64,000 nucleotides of DNA, from the NCBI GenBank assembly GCA_036679605.1, contig JAZDCZ010000409.1:1-64000 (forward strand), read 5' to 3'. The first letter of the stretch is position 1; each line of letters begins with the position of its first letter. The position numbers were made by a program, and so were the translations under genes. Below, one piece after another: positions 49,460-60,289 of this stretch. The notes beneath the pieces are model-generated. The model saw only the letters and a program-made list of their open reading frames with translations, made no database searches and was not told the DNA's origin. The DNA comes from Gemmatimonadota bacterium. Its GTDB lineage: Bacteria > Gemmatimonadota > Gemmatimonadetes > Gemmatimonadales > GWC2-71-9.

Positions 49460-51972
49460 CAGATTGCTGCTCCCACACCGTGGCGCTCAAAAAATTCCTC
49501 CACGGAGGCGAGCACGGTATTCCAGCTGCCGCTCGAGCGAGCAGCAGGCGGTAGCGATTCCATTAGCACTCTGCCGTAGTTGCGCGTCATAACCCTCGAG
49601 TCCATAAGAACGACAACGCCGATGTCCGATTTCGAGCGGATCAAGCGGCCGAACCCCTGCTTTAATCTCAGAGCCGCATGGGGCAGCAGATAATGCTTGA
49701 ACCCGTCCAGCCCTTGTTCTGATAGTGCCTCGAGGCGCGCCTGTGTCAGCGGCTCGCTGGGCACCTTGAAGGGCACCTTCGCCAGCACGAGTGCCCGAAG
49801 CGCCCTACCAGGTACATCTACACCTTCCCAGAAGCTATCGGTCCCTAGGAGAATCGCCGAACCCACGTCGCGGAAGCGGTGCAGCAGATGGTCCCGCTGC
49901 CCCTCTCCCTGCACAAGGAGCACACGACGGCCCCCAATTGTTCGCTTGAGCGTAGCAGCCGCCCGCCTGAGAGCGGCGTAGCTGGTGAACAGCACAAACA
50001 TACCCCCGTCCACGACTCGTGCGAGTTCGGCTACGGCACTCGCTATGGCGTGGTCGTGTCCACTCTGATCCTTCCGCGGGTCGGGAACGTCGGACGGGAT
50101 GCCCAGCAGGCACTGTTCCGCAAAATCGAACGGCGACGCCAGCGACTCTTCGTCCCGCAAAATGGCAGGCGGAAGGTCCAACCCGAGGCGGTCACGCAAG
50201 AACGAAAAATCACCGCCCGTTGCCAGAGTCGCACTGGTAAGTACCACGCTGTCCACCCTATCGAACAGAGATTCCTTTAATATGGGCGCCAAGTCCAGCG
50301 GGACCGCCGAAAGTCCGATTGGAAACGGCAGCGCGCCAACCGGCTTTTTTCCGCGCCGCTCGATCCAGCGCACCATCCTAGCTGTCTGTTGCGGTCGCAG
50401 TGTCAGGAGCAACCCGTCGGATGCAGACTGTAGACGCCGCACGACTCCGCGAAGCTCCTGCAACAGTTGCGACCGACTGTCCGGCTCCTCGTCCAGTTCC
50501 ATCCGATCGGCTACGGTATCCACTCCGTCGCGCAACTTCCCAAACACATTGACAAGGTTGTCCAGCGCAACGGTGAGACCGCGCCCCCAAATTTCATCTG
50601 AATCGAATGTGGCATCGAGCCTGATCGTGTCGCCCCGATCGTTCGACAGCCGGTCCGCCAACAGGACAAACACTCTGTCCGCGTGAGCACGTGCTGCCTC
50701 CACATCGGACAGCAGTGCATCCCGCACGAGTTCCGCAGAAGCCCTGCTAGCAGGGTCGTCCTTTTGCACGAGTTCCCTGAGCAGTGTGGGGATCAACCCC
50801 TTACCGTTCCGCTCCATCCTACCCAACAGCCGAGTTACACCACGCGATGTGACCTGAGCACCGAGATGCTGCGCGGCAGTATCCTCCAAGTGCTGTGCTT
50901 CGTCGATTATCAGCCTCCGGTACGGCGGCAAGACCGCTGCATCCGTCCAATTCTCCTGAACCCGCCGCACGGCAATATCTGCGGTCAAGAGATGATGATT
51001 CACCACCACTACGTCGGCCTCGGCGGCCCGGCGTCTAGCTCCGAAGACGAAGCAGCTGTCGAAATACGGACATTCGAGTCGAGTGCACAGATCGGCCTCT
51101 GCATCCACTTCATCCCACACATCGTAGGAGGGCGTGTCGGTCAAGTCAGCCAACGATCCGTCGGTCGTGGTTGCCGCCCACTCTGCGAGACCCTCCAACT
51201 CGCGATGCCGTTCCGGCCCCAGCAGCAATCCTTGCGCGTCCATCGCAACATTGAGCCTTGCCAGGCAGAGGTAGTTCGTCCACCCTTTGAGAAGAGCGAA
51301 TGTTGGCCGGTACTGCTCGTCGGCCAGCGCCTTTGCGAGCTGCGGCAGATCCTTGCCGATCAGTTGTTCCTGCAGGTTGATCGTGTTGGTCGATACGACG
51401 GTGCGCTCACCGTTAGCACGTGCCCACTGCAACGCCGGTACCAGATAGGCAAACGATTTTCCTACGCCCGTTCCAGCTTCGAGCAACGACACTCCGCCGT
51501 CGTTGTAGACATCGGTCACGTACGCAGCCATGTCGCGCTGGCTTGGACGATCTTCAAATTTGCCGAGCACCTCGGAGATCGGTCCGCTCTCGCCCAGCAT
51601 ATCGGCGACTGTCACTGCGTCGAGTCGCTCATATTCGGTTGCCTGCGGGATCTCTGTTACAACGTAGAGCGACGAAGCGTCGTTGTTGACGATACCGAAC
51701 CCGATACCGCTCTCGTAGCACTTTGCGGCAACGGCTAGATCGGCCTGGGAGGGTTCCAACACTCCGCCGGGGTGATTGTGCAGCACCATCTCACCTCGGC
51801 TGGCTACACCGGGCAACGCAAGCACCGCATCGGCGGTACCTCGCGCAACGGGACGCACAGCGGCAACGGTTCCCTCCGCATCGACTTCTGCAACAAACGA
51901 CACCTCGCGTCCGCCGGCAGCAGCAATCTCGGCAGCCAGCCGACGCCGGACTTCGTCTGACAGCGTCGTCAC
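49459..51972 (-). CDS. DinG-family helicase with N-terminal JAB-like domain
   Basis: HNHPGGVLEPSQAD, EAGTGVGKS, DEAQH, SFWEGVD, QGFGRLIR; GTGA overlap with upstream stop. Confidence 0.9.
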   Translation of the reverse strand: MTTLSDEVRRRLAAEIAAAGGREVSFVAEVDAEGTVAAVRPVARGTADAVLALPGVASRGEMVLHNHPGGVLEPSQADLAVAAKCYESGIGFGIVNNDASSLYVVTEIPQATEYERLDAVTVADMLGESGPISEVLGKFEDRPSQRDMAAYVTDVYNDGGVSLLEAGTGVGKSFAYLVPALQWARANGERTVVSTNTINLQEQLIGKDLPQLAKALADEQYRPTFALLKGWTNYLCLARLNVAMDAQGLLLGPERHRELEGLAEWAATTTDGSLADLTDTPSYDVWDEVDAEADLCTRLECPYFDSCFVFGARRRAAEADVVVVNHHLLTADIAVRRVQENWTDAAVLPPYRRLIIDEAQHLEDTAAQHLGAQVTSRGVTRLLGRMERNGKGLIPTLLRELVQKDDPASRASAELVRDALLSDVEAARAHADRVFVLLADRLSNDRGDTIRLDATFDSDEIWGRGLTVALDNLVNVFGKLRDGVDTVADRMELDEEPDSRSQLLQELRGVVRRLQSASDGLLLTLRPQQTARMVRWIERRGKKPVGALPFPIGLSAVPLDLAPILKESLFDRVDSVVLTSATLATGGDFSFLRDRLGLDLPPAILRDEESLASPFDFAEQCLLGIPSDVPDPRKDQSGHDHAIASAVAELARVVDGGMFVLFTSYAALRRAAATLKRTIGGRRVLLVQGEGQRDHLLHRFRDVGSAILLGTDSFWEGVDVPGRALRALVLAKVPFKVPSEPLTQARLEALSEQGLDGFKHYLLPHAALRLKQGFGRLIRSKSDIGVVVLMDSRVMTRNYGRVLMESLPPAARSSGSWNTVLASVEEFFERHGVGAAI

Positions 51973-53270
51973 GTCTTCAACTCTCGTTTCTTCGCGGCGG
52001 GAAACAGAACGTTGTTCAGAATCAGCCGGTAGCCCGGCGAGTTGGGATGGAGGGACAGGTCGGTCGGGGGATCGCCGATCTGATGTTGCGGATCTTCGGG
52101 GTCGTGTCCGCCCAGGAATGTCCACGTCCCCTTGCCAAAATTACCATGTATGTACTTGACCCACGGCGCACCCTTCTCGTCGGCCAGTACCGTTACGCCG
52201 GGCTTTAGTCGTTCACGCGTGAAAGAGGTAGTAAGACCATAGTAGTCAGCTATGACACTTCGGTGGCATTGTACCAGCATCGTGGGAACCGGGTCGATCT
52301 TCGCACTGAAGTTGAAAAGTTGAAACGCGCCGAGTTGCTGCCTTCGCCCCGGGTTATTCACCTGGTGGCCGTCTATGTCCGAGAAACTCGCTATCGCGGC
52401 AGATTGTTCGAGCCTTACTCCTTCAAACGCGAATGAACGATCCCACTGCATCCGCTGGGACGCGTTGGGATCCATTGGAGTGCCGTCGCTGTATTGGGCT
52501 GCGACATCGACACCTTCCGCCGCGAGCGCAATCTCCAACGTTTCCGTTGCCGTGCACATAGCAAAGAGAAAACCGCCGTCATCCACAAATTTGCTGATTT
52601 CCTGTGCCACTCCCTTCTTTAGGGCAGCCACTGAGCTGAGCCCAAGCGCTCGTGCCATCTGGGCGTTCTGGCGAACCATTTCAGTGAGCCAGGTTGTACC
52701 ACTATAGGTGAGGTAAAATTTCGAGAACTGGCCGGTGAAGTCTTCGTGGTGAAGATGGAGCCACTCGTAGTCGGCTAGCTTGCCACCAAAAACCTCGGCA
52801 TCCCAGACCTTGTCGTACTCGATACCCGCATACTGCAGTGCCATTGTAACTGCATCATCCCACGGGGCGACATTGGGAGGAACATATACCGCAACTTTCG
52901 GAGCCTTTTCGAGGGGCACTGCATCCTGATTGTTCGCTTGGATCACTCCACGAATAGCGACAACATCGGCGTCAGAGAGCCGTTCGACCGTAACGCCGTT
53001 CAGCGCTGCTTCCCTGTTCACCACGGGGTCCTCGGGAATCAAGAAACTCCCATCCCTATGATTGAGCAACCACTCCGCCCTACCGCCACGTTTCAGCACA
53101 CGGAACGTGACACCATATGCCTTGAGGTGATCGGCCTGCCGATCGTCCATGGGAATGAGTATCCACGACGCAGCACTCGAACCGCCGATCCGCCGGTCGC
53201 CGGATCCGCTTGCCAACACGACACCCAGGGCAGGAGGGCCGATAGCCCTCAAAAATTCGCGGCGCTTCAC
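51969..53270 (-). CDS. Conserved exported hypothetical protein (Tat-like signal)
   Basis: MKRREFL, HLKAYG, PWDDAVT, LHLHHEDFTGQ, GHDPED. Confidence 0.85.
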   Translation of the reverse strand: MKRREFLRAIGPPALGVVLASGSGDRRIGGSSAASWILIPMDDRQADHLKAYGVTFRVLKRGGRAEWLLNHRDGSFLIPEDPVVNREAALNGVTVERLSDADVVAIRGVIQANNQDAVPLEKAPKVAVYVPPNVAPWDDAVTMALQYAGIEYDKVWDAEVFGGKLADYEWLHLHHEDFTGQFSKFYLTYSGTTWLTEMVRQNAQMARALGLSSVAALKKGVAQEISKFVDDGGFLFAMCTATETLEIALAAEGVDVAAQYSDGTPMDPNASQRMQWDRSFAFEGVRLEQSAAIASFSDIDGHQVNNPGRRQQLGAFQLFNFSAKIDPVPTMLVQCHRSVIADYYGLTTSFTRERLKPGVTVLADEKGAPWVKYIHGNFGKGTWTFLGGHDPEDPQHQIGDPPTDLSLHPNSPGYRLILNNVLFPAAKKRELKT

Positions 53271-53274
53271 TGCC

Positions 53275-55014
53275 CTATGATTTGGGGATTACTCCGCGCA
53301 CGCGGTCCAACAGGCGTCTTGCCTCGGGCACCACCGCACTTCCTGGATAGCTGATGATCAGATGTTCCAGATGGGTCACTGCCGAATCCTTGTCACCTTG
53401 TTCGTCATAAACGAGGGCAAGCGCGAATTCCGCCAACGGAGCCGCGACGCCAGCCGAATCGATCTTCAGTGCCTCCCTCAGAAGAGCCTGCGCCTCATTC
53501 CAATCTCCGTTGCGTTGAGCCAGCTGACCGCCGTAGGTAAGTACGTCGGCGCGCCCCCCACTGAGAGTCAGTGCACGTGCAACCTGCTCCAGCTCCTTTA
53601 CGGCTTGGGCCGTATCACCGCTGACGAGTGAGAGCAACGCGTTTCCCAGTCTTGGGATCGAATCGGGTCCGATTCTCTGCATCAAAGCCAGCATCTCGGT
53701 GCGCCTCGTCGCCTCGTCACGCGACTGAGCGTAGGGGCCCGCCGCCCGGAAAAGCTCAGTAGCACCCTTTAGGTCACCTCGGAACAGTCGAATCCAACCC
53801 CGAATGGCCAACGTTCCCACGGTAGAATCGCTTTCCAACATGTCGGTTGCGCGATCGAGGTTGCCTCGTTCCAGCCAAGCCCAAGTGATCTTCTCCTTGA
53901 GTCGTGCTGTGTCGTCTCCGTGCAGTCTACCCTCCCACTCGCGCAGCCGCTTTTCTGCCTCCTTGACGTCGCCGGCATCGACCATAACGCGAATCAAGGT
54001 GGCTGTTGCCGCGGCTGCGTCGGTCGGCGTTCCACCGGAGTTCATACGATCGAGCACTCGTCTTGCCGAGGCCAACGCCCCTGCATCCGCAAAGGCTCGC
54101 GCTGCACCAAGTCTCGCGCGTTCGGCTTCCCGGCCCGTGCTTATCTCCGCGAGTCGCTCCAGCGAATAACCTCTTGCCCGTTCCCCCGCCGGCGTTCGCC
54201 CGGCATGAGCACGATCGGCGAACCGCCTGATCATCGGCGCCGCGAGCGCTGGTTCGGCCGGCAAGATACTCTGAAGCATCGTCCATCCCTCTTCCGGGCG
54301 ACCCCACGCAACCAGAGTCTCCGCAGCCAGGCGTCGCCCAAAGTTGTCGGCACGATCGTTCGACAGGACTCGAAGCACGTTGACGCGATCCACCTCAGGC
54401 ACCCGCTTCAATCCTGCTGCACCCGCCGCGAGGTACTGCTGGTTGATTCTGACGGCGTTGCTCCACTCCAATGCAGCATCGATCCAACGTTGGGCAGAAC
54501 CATACATGCGGCCCAATTCGGGCGCCAAGGCAGTTCCGCCCAACCGTTGGCGTCCGGTCAGCAAGATATCGATCGCTCTGTCGGTCTGGCCGGTGCGGGA
54601 GGTGGCGACCGCCCAATGGCGGTACGGTTCGACGCTCTCGGGTGACATCTCGACCCACCTTTCACCCGCGGCAGCAACACTGTCCGGCTGATTGAGCGAC
54701 GCCCACGTGCGCAGTTCTATCTGGTGCAACAACCGATTCGCCGGGTCGCTCGCAAACAGAGAATCCACAACTGAGATTACCGATTCGAGTTTGCCAAGTC
54801 TCGTAAGTACGCGCTCCAACCCCAGGAGTGCTACATCATTGGCTTGCGCTCCCGCCAGTAGTGCGCGATAAGCGTCAGCTGCTTCCTCGTAGCGGCCCCG
54901 CCGCTCCAGATCAAGTGCCCGACCTGTCACCACACCCGTCTGAGCAACCGTCACGGTTGCGGCAGTCGACATGAGCATGATGAGACCGATTGATCTATGG
55001 ACGGCGCGCACCAT
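53275..55014 (-). CDS. Tetratricopeptide-repeat protein
   Basis: Signal peptide, helical repeats, LIISYPGS. Confidence 0.8.
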   Translation of the reverse strand: MVRAVHRSIGLIMLMSTAATVTVAQTGVVTGRALDLERRGRYEEAADAYRALLAGAQANDVALLGLERVLTRLGKLESVISVVDSLFASDPANRLLHQIELRTWASLNQPDSVAAAGERWVEMSPESVEPYRHWAVATSRTGQTDRAIDILLTGRQRLGGTALAPELGRMYGSAQRWIDAALEWSNAVRINQQYLAAGAAGLKRVPEVDRVNVLRVLSNDRADNFGRRLAAETLVAWGRPEEGWTMLQSILPAEPALAAPMIRRFADRAHAGRTPAGERARGYSLERLAEISTGREAERARLGAARAFADAGALASARRVLDRMNSGGTPTDAAAATATLIRVMVDAGDVKEAEKRLREWEGRLHGDDTARLKEKITWAWLERGNLDRATDMLESDSTVGTLAIRGWIRLFRGDLKGATELFRAAGPYAQSRDEATRRTEMLALMQRIGPDSIPRLGNALLSLVSGDTAQAVKELEQVARALTLSGGRADVLTYGGQLAQRNGDWNEAQALLREALKIDSAGVAAPLAEFALALVYDEQGDKDSAVTHLEHLIISYPGSAVVPEARRLLDRVRGVIPKS

Positions 55015-58000
55015 TCAACCGCCGGAAATAGTCCAAAACGAGACGGCGTTCCTGGGGTGACAAAGAGCGCAGGTCTTCCCATGTGGGATACCGGTACCGC
55101 GGGCCAGCGGCGGAGTCGAGGCGTTGCAAGGGTGGTAGCTGAACCGTGTTGGGATCTGCCGTCTCGCTCAGGCGTTCTTCACGCTGATCTTCCTCGTCGC
55201 TCCGCAACGTGCGCCCAGCGTCCAGCAGACGTCGGAACAACCGCTCCTGACGTTCGATCGTCTCGCGATCTAGACGAGCCCCTTCGAGTTCTCGTGCGAG
55301 ATCGTTGGCCTCTTGTGCCAATTCACTTGCACTCGGCACCTGACCTTCAGCCTGCAACCGCTCCATCTCGTTCGCCAGCGAACGCTGCCTCTGCGCCAGC
55401 AATTGCATTTGCTGCATCAACTGCTGATCTCCGTTTTGCATGAGAGACAGCATGCCGTTCGTAGCGTTATTCAATTGTCCCTGCTGCTGTGCCATTTGGG
55501 CGAGACGTTCCATCGCCTCGCTCAGACCGGAACCGGATTGCGCATTCGCCACATCGGAGCGGGCGCGGAGCAGTGCATGCGCCAAGGAGTTCAGGCCATC
55601 AAGTGCCTCACCTGCCAGTTCGCCGGCTTGTCTAGTGTTCGGGTTTGCACGTTGCAATTGATCGAGCGCCTGCGACATGCGGAGCTTCGAGAAGCCCAGT
55701 GCGGTACCCAACTGCGGAGAGACCAGCGCGTTCTTTCCCGCAGCGCCCTGCAACCGCTCCAAGAGTTGATCGACACCCGACCGAACAGCGGCTTGTGCGC
55801 CGCGAACGTCGCCACCCGACTCGCCGCGATTGAGTCGCTCCATGATCTCCTGCTGCGCCTGCGCCAGGCTTGCAGTCTCCACTAGCGACCGATCCATTGC
55901 GTCCAGAACCTCCTGTCGCCACTCCTGCCGCAATTCATCGCGCTGTTGCCGGAGATCGGAAGCAAGCGGTTGCAGCGATTGACTAGCAGATTCACCCGAT
56001 TGCTTCGCCTGTTGACGCTCTCCACTCTGCGCCTGCGCACCAGCCTGTTGCATCTGCCCGGCCGCCTGCTGTGCACCATCGGCCGCGTTCTGTACACTCT
56101 CGTCCGATTTGCCGGACTCGCCCAACTGCTGTCCCAACTCGTCGAGCCGGGCGGCGAGGGAGTCTGCCTGTTCCGCCAATGCTCTTTCCTGTGCCGCAAG
56201 CACACTGTCGGACATCTGCGTATCGGTCGACTCGTTCCACTCGTTCTGACGTTGCGCCAACTCCTCAGCATCATCGGCCAGCGTGGTCATCTCTCCTTCC
56301 ATGGCGGCCCGCTCGAACAATTCCTTGCCCCGTTCCAGTTCATCCCGCAGCTGCTGGGCAGATTCCGCGAGCTGTTTGAGCGCTTCCCGCACTCGCTCCG
56401 CGTCAAGGTTTTCCACCGCATCTCGCAGGGCCTCCAAACGATCCCTTAGCTCATCGGTGATAGCTTTGTCGAGGAGATCCCTTATTTCATCTAGTTGCTT
56501 GTGGAATTCGGGGTCTGTGAGACCGGCGGCCCACGCCTCCTCAGATAGTTGACGGAGTTCTTCGGTAAGACTCTTCGCCCGCTTCAGCGCTTGTTCTTGT
56601 TTCTGCGAAAGTTCCGTCGCGCGCTCTACGGAATTGAACGGAAGATCGTCGGTTGATTGTTGTCCCGCTTGCGACGCTTCTGCTTCGGCACCGCGTTGTC
56701 GTTCGGCGGCCAGGTCTTGGAGTTCTTGGGTAAGTCGATCTTGTTCACTGAGTAGCGAATCGGCCCGCTCGCCGACGGACTGCGACCGGTTTCTAACAGC
56801 GTCCCGTAGTTCCGCCATCGACGGCAACCAAAGCAGATACTCGCGGCTCTCGCCCACATTCGGCTTGGGTGCGTTGTCACGCGCTCTGACCTTGAAGTGG
56901 GCCGTGTCACCTGGGAGAAAGCCCCGCTCGTTGAGATCGAGGACCCACTGAAACACCACTCGGTCGGTCGCGTTGCCGGGCAGCGGCAAATTTTCGATAA
57001 CCTGCTTGCCGGTCACACCTAGCTTGCTGACCCGCCAACTGACAAGCTCTACCTGCGTAAGCGCGTTGTCATCGTTGGCATCGATCACCAGTGGCTGCTT
57101 GAGCGTTAGAGAAACCGTGGTATCAGCTCCGGGAATGGGAACATTGACCACAGGCACACCGTCAGGTGCCGCGACCAGGTTCAGCTCCGGAAGTTCTTCC
57201 GCCGGCAGCTCGCCCGTTCGGGTTGCTACGCGGAGCTGCCAGCGAGCGCTCCGCGATACACGCAACACGCCACTGAAGAGTTGCCCTTCGCTCGCAAGCG
57301 GTACCGACCGCCGGTCGCTCTTCCATTCCGCAGAGCGAACGTCCAGGGTAACGCGGCCCCGCACAGAGATACTCGTTCCCACGGGCAACTGGATTGGCTC
57401 AGGGCCCGCTAACAGCGGCTCGTCGGGCCGCCCAAGGTAGGTGGGATATCGGGCGACGAGTTGGAGATCGGCCAAGAACGCCGGAAGCAGCACACGAACG
57501 TGAACCGTATCTGAGTTTCGGCCGCCGCTGGCAGCATGCAGAAAGAGATCACTGTCGAGCGGACCCAGGGTGATTTGCGTCTCACCAGCGCTGTCGAGCC
57601 TCAAGGATCTCGCGGCCCATGCCTCACCGGGCGCCCTCACCCACAGTGTTGCCACGTTCCTCCGGGCCGCTGTGAGCGAAACGACAACGCTGTCACCGCG
57701 CTCGACCTCGATGCGGTCCACCTCGACTCGTACCGGTCCACGCGAACCAAGCAATGTTGTGAGAGGATTCCAAAATTGTCGGCTATGACCCGATGTCGGA
57801 CCGGCTAGGAAGAACATCAGGACTCCGCCAGCCAGGACGCTCGCACCCGTGGTTAGAGAGCGACCAGCGTGGCGTCTAATGGTACCGAGCGCTCCCAGCC
57901 CATTCTCGTGGAGCCAACCAGCGGCCTGTCCGTCGGCAAGATCTGCCAGGCGGGAACTACCAACCTCACGATCCCAATCGGTGATACAGCCGATCGACCC

Positions 58001-58288
58001 GTGCCTCAAGCCACGACTCACTTCGACCTGGCGAGCCAGCGCCACCGTTTCGGTTTGCTTGAGCCTGCGACTCACCCAGAGAGCACCCCATACAAGAGCA
58101 GCGATGCAGCCCAACCACCCCAACAAAACGAATGCGGGAAACGAGCGATACAGACCGATGCGAGCCGCCAGCAAGCCCAGACTCAACGCAGCGAATGCGA
58201 GCCCTGTAGTAAGAGACGTACCCGCTGCCAGAACGCGACGTAACAACTCTTTACGTCGTGCCTCGAGCCACCGTCTAGTCTCAGTCAC
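54995..58288 (-). CDS. Large membrane-anchored coiled-coil protein (DUF4175-like)
   Basis: N-terminal TMs, beta-rich middle, Q/E-rich coiled coil, DYFRRL. Confidence 0.8.
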   Translation of the reverse strand: MTETRRWLEARRKELLRRVLAAGTSLTTGLAFAALSLGLLAARIGLYRSFPAFVLLGWLGCIAALVWGALWVSRRLKQTETVALARQVEVSRGLRHGSIGCITDWDREVGSSRLADLADGQAAGWLHENGLGALGTIRRHAGRSLTTGASVLAGGVLMFFLAGPTSGHSRQFWNPLTTLLGSRGPVRVEVDRIEVERGDSVVVSLTAARRNVATLWVRAPGEAWAARSLRLDSAGETQITLGPLDSDLFLHAASGGRNSDTVHVRVLLPAFLADLQLVARYPTYLGRPDEPLLAGPEPIQLPVGTSISVRGRVTLDVRSAEWKSDRRSVPLASEGQLFSGVLRVSRSARWQLRVATRTGELPAEELPELNLVAAPDGVPVVNVPIPGADTTVSLTLKQPLVIDANDDNALTQVELVSWRVSKLGVTGKQVIENLPLPGNATDRVVFQWVLDLNERGFLPGDTAHFKVRARDNAPKPNVGESREYLLWLPSMAELRDAVRNRSQSVGERADSLLSEQDRLTQELQDLAAERQRGAEAEASQAGQQSTDDLPFNSVERATELSQKQEQALKRAKSLTEELRQLSEEAWAAGLTDPEFHKQLDEIRDLLDKAITDELRDRLEALRDAVENLDAERVREALKQLAESAQQLRDELERGKELFERAAMEGEMTTLADDAEELAQRQNEWNESTDTQMSDSVLAAQERALAEQADSLAARLDELGQQLGESGKSDESVQNAADGAQQAAGQMQQAGAQAQSGERQQAKQSGESASQSLQPLASDLRQQRDELRQEWRQEVLDAMDRSLVETASLAQAQQEIMERLNRGESGGDVRGAQAAVRSGVDQLLERLQGAAGKNALVSPQLGTALGFSKLRMSQALDQLQRANPNTRQAGELAGEALDGLNSLAHALLRARSDVANAQSGSGLSEAMERLAQMAQQQGQLNNATNGMLSLMQNGDQQLMQQMQLLAQRQRSLANEMERLQAEGQVPSASELAQEANDLARELEGARLDRETIERQERLFRRLLDAGRTLRSDEEDQREERLSETADPNTVQLPPLQRLDSAAGPRYRYPTWEDLRSLSPQERRLVLDYFRRLNGARRP

Positions 58289-58953
58289 TGGGTGGCAGTT
58301 ACGGCATAGACGAACAGGTTGACACCCATCCGAATAGCTGCTTCCCGGACCTCGGGTCGGTCGTTGTGAACCTCAGCATCTTCCCATCCGTCTCCCAAGT
58401 CCGATTGGTATGAATAGAATAGGGCCAGCCGGTCGCTCAGAAAGATACCAAATGCTTGGGCCGGCAGATCGTCGTGCTCGTGAATCTTGGGTATCCCTTC
58501 GGGGAAGTCATAGACAAGGTGGAAAACCGGATGATCGAGTGGAATCTCCTCCAGCGGATTATCGGGAAATACTCTGGCGATCTCGCGGCGAAACGACTCG
58601 TCCATTCCATAGTTATCGTCGGCGTGGAGGAATCCCCCGCTCTCCAAGTACCTTCGTAGCGTCGCCGCTTCGGTTTCCGAAAACGTTACGTTCCCGTGTC
58701 CGGTCATGTGAATGTAGGGGATCTCCCAGAGGTTGGGATCGGAAAGTTTTACGACTCGTTCACGCACGTCCGCGTCCAGCGTGGTACGGTTCCGGATTGC
58801 GCTCAGGAGATTTGGAATGCTCGACGGATTGGCGTACCAATCACCGCCGCCGCCATACTGGAGACGGCCAATGGTCAGATCTCTGACGCCCGTTGGGGAC
58901 GAGCCCAAGAGTGCCACTGCGAGTGCAGCGACGGTCAGGATCCTCTGGTTCAC
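58285..58953 (-). CDS. DUF4159-domain protein
   Basis: YGGGGDWYANP, MTGHG, GGFLHADDNYG, DLGDGWED. Confidence 0.9.
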   Translation of the reverse strand: MNQRILTVAALAVALLGSSPTGVRDLTIGRLQYGGGGDWYANPSSIPNLLSAIRNRTTLDADVRERVVKLSDPNLWEIPYIHMTGHGNVTFSETEAATLRRYLESGGFLHADDNYGMDESFRREIARVFPDNPLEEIPLDHPVFHLVYDFPEGIPKIHEHDDLPAQAFGIFLSDRLALFYSYQSDLGDGWEDAEVHNDRPEVREAAIRMGVNLFVYAVTATQ

Positions 58954-59759
58954 AGGTCAGTAATCATTTTGTATGCGTCTCTGCGCGGAATGGCGAAGTC
59001 CTCCGCCACCTTGGCCGAGGCGTCCCGCCGACTCACGCCGTGGGAGAGCAGATCGAGCGCGCGTTGGCGCACCGCCGCTTCATCGACATTGTGTTCCGTT
59101 GGTCCGGACCCCGCCACACACACGGTCACCTCGCCCCGTGGTGGGTGCGCTTCGTAGTAAACCTGCAACTCGAGCAAGGTCCCACGCCTGACCTCCTCGT
59201 GCATCTTGGTTAGCTCCCGCGTTACCACCGCGGTCCTGTCCGGTCCGCAAGCCTCAGCAAGATCTCCTAGCAACCGCACCAAGCGGTTGGCAGCCTCGAA
59301 GATGACGGCAGTCCAGCTTAGATTGGCCGCGGTGTCGAGCAATCGGCGGCGGTCGCGTCCCTTCCTGGGCACGAACCCGAGAAATGTATACCGCCCAGCT
59401 GGAAGTCCGGACACGCTGAGTGCCGCAGTTACCGCAGACGGTCCAGGAACGGCAACGACCTCCACCCCTTCCGCGAGGGCTCTGGACACCAGGTCCGGAC
59501 CGGGATCGCTGATCCCGGGGGTACCGGCGTCTGTAAGGAGTGCCACACACTTTCCTTGCATGAGGGCGGTGGCCAGCTGCTCGAGCCTGGCAGGTGGTGA
59601 ATGGGCGTGAAAACTGAAGACCCGGGGTGACGCTCCGATTCGCCCAAGCAGGACGCGGGCTCGCCTTGTGTCTTCGGCGGCAACGACTTCTACGTCACCT
59701 AGGACGGCAATCGCGCGCTCCGACAGATCGCCGAGATTGCCCAGTGGTGTCGCTATCAC
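58950..59759 (-). CDS. rsmI: 16S rRNA C1402 2'-O-methyltransferase
   Basis: ATPLGNLGD, AEDTR, DAGTPGISDPG, RELTKMHEE. Confidence 0.93.
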   Translation of the reverse strand: MIATPLGNLGDLSERAIAVLGDVEVVAAEDTRRARVLLGRIGASPRVFSFHAHSPPARLEQLATALMQGKCVALLTDAGTPGISDPGPDLVSRALAEGVEVVAVPGPSAVTAALSVSGLPAGRYTFLGFVPRKGRDRRRLLDTAANLSWTAVIFEAANRLVRLLGDLAEACGPDRTAVVTRELTKMHEEVRRGTLLELQVYYEAHPPRGEVTVCVAGSGPTEHNVDEAAVRQRALDLLSHGVSRRDASAKVAEDFAIPRRDAYKMITDL

Positions 59760-59873
59760 GTAGAGCGTTTGAGCCTCTCTTGTGGCTTATGATATTTACC
59801 AAAAGCGGCGCGGGACAGATGAACGTCACGCGCCGCTGGCTCGATCTGCTTTCGGGCATTGGCCCGTTAGCAG

Positions 59874-60209
59874 TCAACTCAAGTGCTGGTCCAGCTTCTC
59901 GATGAGGTACGCTTTGGGTACTGCCCCCACCACCGTCTCTACCAACGCGCCATCTTTGAACAGTAAAATGCTCGGAATGGAGCGTACATTGAATTGTGCG
60001 GCGATTCTGGGATTGGCGTCGACATCGACTTTGGCAACCTTCACCTTACCCTCATATTCCTCGGCAATTTGCGCGACGACCGGCGCAATCACTTGGCACG
60101 GACCGCACCAAGTAGCCCAGAAATCAACCAACGCTAGTCCCTCATGCTGCTCGACCTCGTCGGCAAAGGTGTCGTCGCCTACATGGGACAGCAGTTCCAT
60201 CTCTGCCAT
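59874..60209 (-). CDS. trxA: Thioredoxin
   Basis: DFWATWCGPC, VRSIP. Confidence 0.95.
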   Translation of the reverse strand: MAEMELLSHVGDDTFADEVEQHEGLALVDFWATWCGPCQVIAPVVAQIAEEYEGKVKVAKVDVDANPRIAAQFNVRSIPSILLFKDGALVETVVGAVPKAYLIEKLDQHLS

Positions 60210-60289
60210 GTTTTACTCCCTCATATTATGTTGTGCCCACCCGGGACCAACCCGGGAGGCAGTTCAAGATTCCACGCACGGAGCTACCC

